Both the position numbers and the translations under genes were made by a program. Of a stretch of 64,000 nt of DNA, positions 9,960 through 21,010 are shown piece after piece (the stretch's first letter is position 1; each line of letters begins with the position of its first letter). Below the pieces are notes generated by a model. The model was not told the DNA's origin. It was given only the letters and a program-made list of their open reading frames with translations, and made no database searches. Origin of the DNA: Octopus sinensis (lineage: Eukaryota); the NCBI RefSeq assembly GCF_006345805.1, contig NC_043000.1, positions 70,990,001 through 71,054,000 of the forward strand, in the 5' to 3' direction.

Positions 9960-12850
9960 CAGAACAACCTGCCATCCTCTACACACCATCATAAACTGCA
10001 AGCAGGGTACAAATTGTTGTCCTTAAATGCTCGCAGTTTATGCAACAAAATACATTTGTTCAACTCCTACGTCAGAAGTATTGACCCTGACTTCATCACT
10101 GTCACGGAAACATGGGCACATTCCTTACTCTATGATGGGGTTTTCAAAATTACTGGGTACAACCTCTTCCGCAAGGACCGCATTAACCACCGTGGTGGTG
10201 ATGTGATGGTCTACGTTTGTTCAAATTTTTCGGTAATTCCTTGTGCCGATTTGAACGAATCACAAGAAGAAGTTTTTTTCTGTGACGTACGTATGACCAT
10301 GTCAACACTCCTGCTTGGTGTTGTTTATCGTCCCCCAAATTACCATCAAGACACACAGCTTTGCGATATCCTCCGAGCTGCTGCCAGGAAAACAGCCACT
10401 TATGTTTTTATTGCAGGCGATTTCAATCATCCTGAGATCAATTGGGAAACCTTCCATTGGCCACAGAGTGCAAACGATTTCGTTGGGCTTGTACTGGACT
10501 CAAACTGGTCACAAGTAGTCACCTCTCCAACAAGAGGCGACAACACCTTGGACCTGCTCTTCACCACAACTCCTGAAGCGGTTATCAATTGTACTACGGA
10601 GGAACCTCTAGGCGACTCTAATCATGCTATGATCATCGCCAATTTGGCTCTTGCGGGCAACAACAAAAACCTGAACCATCTCCAATCTGCTTCCTTCGAT
10701 TGGAAGAGAGCAGATTGGAACCTGTACCACACTGAATTACAGCACCCAAACTGGCATGAATTCTACAACTCTGGAGATGTGAATACTATACTCCAGAGTA
10801 TCCTGGACTCAATATGGGCAGCATGTGCAGCATCAGTGCCACGTAAACAGAAAAAGAAGAACCGCTCCAAAAGTGCAATTTGGGAAACTTCAGCGGTCCG
10901 ACTTGCCAGGAAGGAACGTCGGACTGCTGAATGGGAATACAAGTTGCATAAATCAGACACCAACAGGAAAAAGCGGAATAAATCTTTCAACCATCTCAAG
11001 CAAGTGACAAAAAAAGCAGTGCTTGAATTTGAACAGTGCATAGCAGCCAATCCTGACAGCAAGGTTTTCTGGAAATATGTGCATTCGAAGCAGAGACCTC
11101 ACTCTCCAGTGGGCCCTCTTCGTAATCCTCACACAAACCAGATCACTGACGATCCCAAGGAATGCGCAGAACTCATTGCCGAGTGCTATGCAAACATATT
11201 CACTGTTGAAAATCAAAATGTACCATCTTCACCATCTCTATCAGCAAATTCCATAACAACTATGGAATTTACAACTGCAATGCTGCGACGTCACCTTCAA
11301 AATAAGCGCAACTATGCCTCTCCTGGTCTTGGTGGAGTTACATACCTGCTTCTCAAACGTGGCAGGTACTTCCTTTTACACCAGCTTTCTATTTTTTTCC
11401 AGTAGTGTCTCAACAGTGGTGCTACTCCGGAGCAGTGGAAAACTGCCAGTGTCATTCCTCTGTTCAAAAAGGGCGATCGCACATCACCTGTCAACTATCG
11501 CCCAGTCAGTCTCACTAGCTGTATTGCAAAACTGATGGAATCGTGTGTCAGAGAAACACTTTGGAACTTCTGGAGCTCTCACAGTCTCATCCGACCCTCA
11601 CAATATGGATTTGTCCCTAACTCCAGCTGCAGTGATCAGCTTGTCGAGTTCCTTGAGGACATTACTCAGATCACTGACAGTGGCTCATGGGTGGATGTTG
11701 TCTACTTTGACTTTGCTAAGGCTTTCAACTCTGTGCCACACAAAAGGCTTATGGTGAAACTCTCTGCAATGGCTGTGAGGGATGATCTTTTTAACTGGTT
11801 GAAATCCTTCATTCTCAGCCGAAAGGAAGTAGTCACAGTTCTAGGACAGCATTCTACACCATATGAGATGTCATCGGGTGTACCACAGGGATCTGTCCTT
11901 GGTCCCCTCTTGTTTGTGGCATACATTAATGACATAGAAGCCAATTTAAAGAATGCCACAATATTGAAATATGCAGACGACATCAAGCTGTACCTTGAAA
12001 TCAAGAGGACAGATCCTGTTGTCTACAGCTCTTTCCTGCAATCAGACCTGGACACAATGCAGCAATGGATCACAGGCTGGCAACTGAAACTGGCTGTGGA
12101 CAAGTGTACCACCATGCATTTTGGGAGAGAAAAACCCTGCGTCCACATACTCCCTCCACAACACTGATATCAAGAAATCCTCTTGCGAGCGTGACCTAGG
12201 CATCACTGTCAGCAGTGATTTGCGTTGGACAAAGCATATCTCTAAAATTATCAAGAAGGCCGAGGGTGTCTTGGCATCACTCAGCAAGACTTTTGTTAGC
12301 CGCTCTCCAGCCATCTATTTAAAACTGTATACAGCTATGGTACGACCACACTTGGAATTCGCATCATCAGTTTGAAACCCCTATCTTGCTCAGAACATTG
12401 ACCTCCTGGAACCTGTTCAGAGACGTGCAACCAAACGCATACCATCCATCAGACACTTACCATACTCTGAGTGCCTTGTTTCCCTGGGCATGGATTCACT
12501 GAAGCTCCGGCGTCTGGTGATGGACTTGGTAAACACTCACAAAGTTATCAACCACCTCACCAACAACAACACTGAACACCTTTTTGATCTTCATGTCTCT
12601 AACACACGTAGACATGCCTACAAAGTCAGAAAACAACACAGCTCCCATGACTTTCGGAAACATTTTTTCATGCTCAGAGTTGCTGAAGCATGGAACAAAC
12701 TGCCTGTGTCAGTTGTTGACTGCCATGACACTGCATCCTTTAAGACCCACATGCTTTCCGAAATCCGCCGAACCTACACCTGATTATACATACACTTTAG
12801 ATGAGTTGTAGTGCACCTGAGCACTGTACACAATGTTTTTATTATTATTT
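9960..12850 (+). mobile_element. CR1/L2-group LINE ORF2 (APE endonuclease plus RT), 5'-truncated, inactivated
   Basis: ORFs 10014-11405 (LNARSL, ITVTETW, GDFNHP, DLLF), 11535-12167 (QYGF, YFDFAKAFNSV, GVPQGSVLGPLLF, YADD), 12121-12375 and 12490-12783. Lesions are in-frame stops at ~11403 and ~12373 and one frameshift near 12140. Ends in a short TTA/TTTA-rich tail. Confidence 0.93.
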
Positions 12851-13468
12851 ATTTTATACTTGTAATCTAGCCAAACAAATTAAATGCCTTTTCTATTGCG
12901 AGAGAAGAATTAAAAGTACGAACTGTAAATGTAGACGATATTTTTTATCCTTATACTCTGCATTGGTCCCGTTTAATTCAACAAAAAATTATTTTCCAAG
13001 AGTCTGGTATATAACATGTACCAGACTCTTCTTAGTTGTCATTTGAATTACGGTAGTGGAATTTTTTATTTTTATTTTTAGGGCAGGTGATCTTCATTTT
13101 GCACAAATGAAATTAAAATTCAATATAAGTTTTTATCTTGAAATGTTAATTAAATTTTTCTTGGCTTTGAGATTATCAAGCAATATTATAAATTCAGTTT
13201 ATCTAAACCCACGCAAGGCAAACACTGTTTACTAGATTCGTGCACATTCGCAATCCCTTTCAAATTTTTCTAATGAAATTTACTCATTAAAAAAAAAATA
13301 CTCCTAAAATTTTCAATAAATATATAACTTAGGCACAAAGCTAGAAATTTGTGGGTGGAGGATAAATATAGTACAGTATAGTACAGGAAGCATAACATTT
13401 CGCTGCAAAACAAACTATCAAGTCCTACTTGTACCAGATTCTCTCTGTTATATATACACAAGTACAGG

Positions 13469-14429
13469 CGTTGTAGATAACAGCTAACCTTCAGACACCC
13501 TTTTTCACCCTATTGTTGGTAGTGGTGCACTTTTGTCTCTTGCTCTATTACGTGCCAATATGCAACCCAACCAATTGCAGCCTTCAGATAAGGTCACGTG
13601 AGACAGTCTCTTCTAAACCTCAGTTTGCGCCGACTATTCACTATAAAACTCTAGTGACACATCAAGTTGATGTCAGTTGGTTCCAAACCCTTTTAGGTCT
13701 AGCTGTTGACCACACAGGACACAGCCAGTTCCAGCGACAACAGAACAGCAGCCACATGGAGATGCATCACCAATTCGTCAAACAGCATTCGGGATCTCAT
13801 TCTTCATCGCCTTCATCTTCTTAACGTTGTCAACAACATCACTCTACGTACATAGCAGCCAGCAACACTCGCACATGTTCTATCTCAACACTGTTTGTGA
13901 ATTACTTCACCATGGCTAACAGCAAACTCAACCTGCGAGAGCCTTCTGTACCAAGTAACTGACTCTGCATAGTAGCCACAGCTTCACACATGACATGTGC
14001 CTCAACTGGCTCTGCATTGCAGCCTCAACTTCTTGATACAGCACTTCAACTATCGTGTACCTTGACTACGAACTGGTATTTATCATCCTTGTGTCTGTAC
14101 ATTCATCTAACGTCATATTATAGACTCTTTCAATGCTCTGTACTTATTGCACAGGCATACATCCATGTTTCTACATACACATTATGTATACATGACGGCC
14201 TGTCTATTATTATGTATATATGATGCATATACACGCATGTTAACATATAAATAAAATCTTCTCTTAAACAGTCTACTCGGTTGTATCTCTCTTTTCCTTC
14301 TGGCACTTATACGCGTTTATCCTTTTCATATTTATCATATCGACTATGCGATGTACTAAAGGAGCCATTCTCATCACCTCTCCTTTGCACATTCTTTCGT
14401 GTTATACCTACTTTCTCATATATACAACA
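13469..14429 (+). mobile_element. Candidate solo LTR (~960 bp)
   Basis: Ends are (C)GTTGTA...TACAACA, an inverted terminus with one change from TG...CA. Flanks are CAGG / CTGG (4-bp TSD with one mismatch). AATAAA at ~14250. No internal coding region. Confidence 0.45.
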
Positions 14430-14979
14430 CTGGTAAATTATTAGGTGCGAAACTGCATTAGCCCCAATTATCTAGCTTTTGTCTTGTGTAAATCACGATG
14501 TTTTTTCTTCCTCTTCTTTCTTTTTAAAACCAATTGTTTTTAATATACACTTACTGCTTTTATATAGCTATAAAATTTAAAGTTAGTACAAGGCATGTGG
14601 ATGTGGGAAAAGCAACAACCTGTTTAGAAATAGGAGCTAAATCCCTAATTCAACTGCCGGAAGGCACCAAATAACAGAAAAATAACAGTAGGCTAGGAAA
14701 CAGATAAAGAATTAAGACAACCGAAACCATGGTGTATGAGTATCTCAATGGGATATTCTTTAAAGGTATGCTTTTTTAAATGCTATTAGACCTGTTGAAC
14801 TGCTTATGTTACTGCTGTTAATATTATCAATTAAAAATATTCACCGCAGATGATATTAACAATAGGAACATCTTACTTTGAATGCAAATACTTGAATGTT
14901 TTCACTCATATATATATTTTGCACCATGTGGACTGGCTTGACACAAAACAAACCACAACACTGGCAGATCTATAACATG

Positions 14980-15038
14980 ACTCATACTGAAGAAGGTTGA
15001 GGCTCTCGGGCCAGAATCTGAAACCATGGTATATGAGT
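14980..15038 (+). ncRNA. Minimal type I hammerhead ribozyme with intact core
   Basis: Stem I ACTCATA(14980-86)/TATGAGT(15032-38) is 7 bp perfect. Core CTGAAGA (14987-93). Stem II AGGTT/AATCT with an inner GGC/GCC helix. GAAA (15020-23). Stem III A-U, C-G closing a palindromic CATG loop. Cleavage triplet GUA (15029-31). Confidence 0.8.
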
Positions 15039-15057
15039 ATCTGAATGGCATATATAT

Positions 15058-15113
<56 letters not shown>

Positions 15114-15859
15114 AAACTCAATCAGATTTGGTAGAGGAAAAGTGATCACCTACCTTGTCACTGTTGTGATTACCGACAAAGAGACGAAGTATTTTATACT
15201 TAGATTAAGCACATGTGTTAAATGTTAATGTAAGGGTTAATATGTAACTGTATATACCTTGCAACTGCTTACAATATGAATGTTATTGTTTCACTTTTGA
15301 CATATAATACAGAACCAGTCTAAGAGATTGCTCCAGGCCCACATTAGGCAAGAAGTTGTTAATTTTTTTGGCCCATGACATTCCATGGACCCTAAGTAAT
15401 GTATGTGTAAAATTTCATTGAAATGAGTTTGGTAGTTCTTGAGTTTTAAGACTTCACACATACATACATGCAGACAGACAGGCACACATTCTCAGTTTTA
15501 TATTTTTTATTTGTTTCAGTCACTTGACTGTGGCCATGCTGGAGCATCGCCTTTAGTCAAACAAATCAACCTCAGGACAATTTCCCCCAAATATTAGGTA
15601 TTGAACCAGTATTTCCTTGGATGAAACCCTCCTTTCATGAGGCTATCACAACCTCTAATTGAATTTACATGAAAGCTATTGTCATTCATGTTATATTCAT
15701 AAATAAGTCACTAACTGATCTATTGTTGAGGAAAATACTATTTACTTGTTTAATGGTTGTTCTAGGTAAAGTGTAAAAATAACCCTAACAGTTCAAAGAA
15801 ATAAACATACTCAACTTCATTTATACCAAACAAAATGTAATATTTTGAAAAATTTTTGC

Positions 15860-17100
15860 ATGGTTGCCATGAAAACAGTACGTTAATGGTAAAATTTGCA
15901 AATAAAATACATCAAAATAAACATCCCTTTCAATTTAGCAAAAAGGATTTGCACGATAGTGTCTGATAGAACAACTCGGGACCTTCGTCTTCAAGACCTC
16001 AAAACAATGCTTATTGAAAGACAATATCCACCCTCACTTATCGACGAGAGAATTAAACGTACCAAACAATTAGACACAAAAACACTAAGAACAACAAAAC
16101 ATAACACCACACCTCAACTCAAAACATTACTATATATATCAACACACAACCCCAGAAACAGTGAGGCATTCAACACTATTGTGCAAACTCTTCCTTTACT
16201 AACTAGAGATCCAAAAATGAACAACATCTTGAAAATACACAAACTCATCAAATCCAAAAAACAAGACAAATCACTAAAGAGACTACTAACAAATGCAAAG
16301 CTTTACAAAACAACCACGAAACCATATTTTCATGTTGAAAAATGTGGACGCCCAAACTGTGGAACCTGCCCAACTTGCTTGAAGGCTCGGATTTTTTTTC
16401 AAACAAGGACAGAGGTTCACAATTAAAACGAGTTTCACTTGTGCCTCTGAGAACCTAATTTATGTAATAACCTGCTCGGTTTGTGAACACCACTATATTG
16501 GACGAACGAGTATGACCTTGAGAAAGAGAACCACTCTACATAAAGAGCAAATCTGTTTCCCCGAAAAACAGACAAATTCCTCTCAGTGAACATATAGAAA
16601 AATGTGCAGATAACATCAAACCAAATTTCACAGTTTTCCCTTTCTACCAGTGCAAAGACACAATCTCTCAACTAGAATGTTTAAATAAAAAACACATCTT
16701 AATATGCACGCATAGCCAACTTTTATCTTTTTACATATTTCAATTCACGATTACATCACTGTACATAAATCCTCTCACGAAACAAGGTTTTTGAAACTTG
16801 TCTCTGTCTGTACACATATATATTCCCCTACCATTACCGAAAGCTGAACAGTTATCTCCCTTACCCACAACAATAACAATAATAACGACAACCAATTACC
16901 TCCCTTTATTTATCTACTTGTGAAGTCATTCACTCGTGAATTTCATCACACACAACATGGACAAAATTTCTTCTTAAGAAAAAGTATATATTCAAATAAG
17001 TAAAACATAATATCATGAATAGTGATAGCGAAACCGGTCGATATATTAAAAATTATATTAAAACTATGTGTGTGTATTTTCCTCTTTTAATTTCTTATAT
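15860..17100 (+). mobile_element. Penelope-like element 3' part (RT thumb plus GIY-YIG endonuclease), 5'-truncated
   Basis: ORF 15896-16426 (NIPFNLAKRICTIVSD...QYPPSLID...CGRPNCGTC) continues after a frameshift as FTCASENLIYVITCSVCEHHYIGRTSMTLRKRTTLHKEQI (GIY-YIG). A degenerate hammerhead lies at 17010-17044. Confidence 0.88.
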
Positions 17101-17465
17101 AAATATATATATATATATATACACACACCCACCCAAGCATGGCTGCAGTCTAGTGACTGAAACAAAAAAGAAATGAAGATATATATATGGTTTATATTCA
17201 TTTAAAAGAAGAAAAGAAATTAGAGATTAGGAAGTTAATAATTGTTTATTATGGTCATCTTCACTTAAAGCTGTTTTAGTTAATACTCAATAAACATTAA
17301 ATTTACAGTAATGTGACATAAGCTCAATATCATCAGAGGCAAAAAGATGTACATTTGGATGTTATATGTAAGGAAATTCATTCCCCCAAAATACTAGGTA
17401 TTGAACCAGTATTTCCTTGGATGAAACCATCCCTTCATGAGGTTTACACATCCTCTAATTAAATG

Positions 17466-17498
<33 letters not shown>

Positions 17499-17507
17499 GA
17501 GACAGTC

Positions 17508-17657
17508 AGAATTTTGGATAATTCTTTATAAGTGCTTTCATTTGTTAACTGAAATTTTCAAGACAAAAGTGGCTTTAATTTCATTTTCTTTTAAATTTTT
17601 GTCTTGAAGAATTTGGTTAACGAATGAAAGTGCTAATAAAGAATTATCCAAAATTCT
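17508..17657. mobile_element. 150-bp palindromic MITE / foldback element
   Basis: ~60-bp inverted arms (AGAATTTTGGATAATTCTTTAT...TTCAAGACAAAA) whose first 22 bp match perfectly, separated by a ~25-nt loop. Confidence 0.7.
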
Positions 17658-17725
17658 TTTTCTCAATATATAATATCTGTACACCATTTCAAACACTCTT
17701 TACATTCATACATACATACATACAT

Positions 17726-17758
<33 letters not shown>

Positions 17759-17769
17759 AGACTATGCAT

Positions 17770-18525
17770 GGATATGTTAGTAGAAAGATCCGAGATGATA
17801 GTAACATTGATCATCAGAACAGTCTATCATGGATCAATAATGGGATTACTAACTCCCACTTTAAAGGGTATATGTTAGCAGTCATCCAAATATCTGATGC
17901 ACAAAAGGGATAGAGATACAGGAAAATCAGTAAATTGTGACAACTGATGCAGACTTTGTGGAGTTAATACCAAAAATATCACCCACATCATAAGCAGTTG
18001 TCCGAAAATATCATCACAGTATTATCTACTGATGAAGCATGATGTAACTAAGACACTCTATAATGAAATCCGTTGGAAGTAAACCCCAAGGACAAAGAAA
18101 TAAGAACCCACAGCATGGCAGAAGCCAGAACCACTTATAATAAAAAGAAGTATTGCTGGAGTGTCCCAGTGAAAACCTCAATAAAATGTAATCACAATAG
18201 ACCTGATATAATGATTTCAGATAAAGAAGATACACTGTATGCTGCCCAGCAGATGTTAATATGAAGCTGAAGATCAGTGAAAAAGAGAATACCTACACTG
18301 AACTATTAAGAAATTTGCAGGTACTCTATCCAGATTAGAAGTTCTAGTTTATACCGGTAATTATTGGGGCTCTGGGATATGTAACACATTGCCTAAATAC
18401 CAATCATGAGGAATTAGGTTTCTCAAAATCAGAAAGGGGAAAGATAATTTGAAGACTACAGATCTAATCCATCACTGGAACTGTAAAAATATGTAAAACT
18501 TTCCAGAAGTTTATCATTTAAATAT
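17770..18525 (+). mobile_element. R4/Dong-like non-LTR retrotransposon 3' end (CCHC knuckle plus restriction-like endonuclease), degenerate
   Basis: Fragments CRLCGVNTKNITHIISSC (CCHC), MKHD (RHD-like), NHNRPDIMISDK (PD motif) and FIPVIIGALG...ITGTVKICK. Confidence 0.8.
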
Positions 18526-20269
18526 ATATGAGCATGTCTAGATATGCAGCTATATACATGAGAAAACATACATAAAATAAAATATACAAATCTGCACATA
18601 TACTTACATAAATACATACAAAAATACCCTGTTGTTGATGTTAAAATTCCAATGAATGATTCCAATGGATCTAGGGTAGAAATCGGCTCTTCCACTATTG
18701 GTAAGAGATCTTGATATATGACAGACAGACAGAGACAGACATACATACATACTGTATAATTGTTGTCAGGTTACATTTGAGGGCCACTGGTAACATGTAA
18801 CACAATACAATCTGTTGCATGGTTGGGCTATTGCTGACTAAACTTGTAACACTACCAATCCTGCTAATTATTAGCTAGAAATACCTACCCAGTTTTCTGT
18901 AACAAAATCTTTGTTGCCTAGAGTAATTAATAGTTAGTTGACCAACAAAAAATTCAATAGACCCAGCAAATGTTTTATTCATTAGATCCTAATTGTGATA
19001 AAGTACATGCTGAATCTCATTGACCTTTTTGTCTTTGGCACCCCTTCTTTTGGCTTGATGTAGATGGCTTATTTCTTAGCTTGTCAGTGATTACAGCCAA
19101 GCCAGTTAGCTGCACTAACTTATGCTGCTCAACTTGGTGACATTTTTGTTAATGATAATTAAATATTTTGTATTTGAATCTTCACACTGACTTCTTGTTC
19201 TTCTATTCATTTTTTAACCAAACCAATTACAGCTGTTACATCTGTTGACCTCAACAATATTCCTATGTTACATGCACAACAGACAAGCTGGAGAGATCTC
19301 TGATAGGATTCAATGTTGTCAGACTTCAGAAATTATGTATGTTTAGCTTCAGGTTAGAAAATCTCACCAATAACAAAAACAGATTCATTTGTGATTGCAT
19401 CAGATCAGTTATGGATAATCTATGAAAGAAATTAGCAAAAGGCTTTCTGAAGAAATTAGTATCTCATTGATGCAATCTATAAAAATATAGCTAGCATCTA
19501 TGATTTAGAGAAATATATTATTCTGACACTGATTCCTGAAAACCTATCTCTGAAAATCATTCAAAAATAAGTAGCCATCATCCTTTGAAAAATATTTCAG
19601 TAAAGTTCTTGCAGAATAGAACCCAGTAATGAGTATTTTATTACATCATCCTATTATTGTCAAATAGAATGCCCAGACTGGAAAGGGGAAGAATTGGTTT
19701 GAACATGTTTAGATCCTTGTTATATAAGCATGTTGAGAACAGAAAGCTTCAGTAAATTCTGCTCTTTAACAAAGTGAAGATAAAATCAGCCTTCTTTGAT
19801 TACAAAGACATCCAGAGAACCATATATATGTCAAATTACCATTACCTGTCTCTAGGTGAAATGGACCATGTAGTTCTTACATGTAGAAATTACAGACATG
19901 GAAGTAAATATTAGAACTGAGAGACCTCAAAGACAAACATTTTAGTAAGTTGAAAAGAAGATAGAATCCTGCTATCATTAGGGAAATAGCTGTACTTGAT
20001 TTGCTGAAACGCATATGTGGACAAATGAGACATGTAGTGGTATGACAGGTAGTTTAATGGAAAAGGAAGATATACGCAGCTCATATACAGGAGCAGTATG
20101 TACATATGGATTAAATTTTCTCAAATACCTGAACAACTCCTTTGTAGTTAATTGTTTTTGTAATCTTCAAAGTGAACTTGGCTGCCCTCAAGGCACATAG
20201 ACAAAGTAAGGACACGTTGAAAAAGTCCAAGGAGTTATTACCTCTGCTGGTAACAAAGGGTTTTTAGAG

Positions 20270-21010
20270 TGCAAGACAAATATTGTATGATGCATGTGGG
20301 AGAAATGTAATGCAGCATGTTAGTGAGACACGAGCTTTGAATGCAGAACAATTGCAAAGAATAGAAAGAAATTGAAAAAAGCTCTGCTGGATGTGTATTG
20401 TTAGTGTGCATGAACAATAGAGCAAATTTGATCTGAGGAAAAATTAATATAAGATGAATCAGATGTTGTGTGTAAGAGAGAAAACTGGAATGGTACTGGC
20501 ATGCATGAAAATGGAAGATGAAAGCTGTACAAAGTGGTACCAAGCACTCAAAATTGACAGAACCTGTGGAAGAATGAATAATACAAAGACATGGAGTGTT
20601 GATCTTCACGAAAGATATTACAATGGATTGCATTGTCTGGAGAAGACTTGTCTGTCTGTGCAAGTATGGTGTAACAACCATTAAAATAACGGTAGTAATG
20701 GATGCTGAGGAAAAGATATATACATAAACATTTGATCCTCTTGCACAGTATGTCCTTGTCAAATTTCTGTTTGTGGCCCCCACTTCTTTCATACCCTCTC
20801 GTGTATCATTCATCTCTTTCCTAACTTCTATACAATCACTCTGTTTCTTCCCTCATTTGCTCACCCCAGCACTACATCACTTCATAAACTCCCTCTTCTG
20901 CACCCGCTTTCATCCCAATCATTATTTGCCCCATCATACTCTGTTGTCCTGTTTCTTCAGTCAAAACAATCTCTTCTGTTCACAATCTTACTTATATTAC
21001 CTTGAGTGAA
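20270..21010 (+). mobile_element. Degenerate RTE-LINE C-terminus plus pyrimidine-rich 3' UTR
   Basis: ORF 20454-20684 (MKMEDESCTKWYQALKIDRTCGRMNNTKTWSVDL...LEKTC) is a decayed version of the RTE C-terminus at 40130-40300. Confidence 0.65.
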
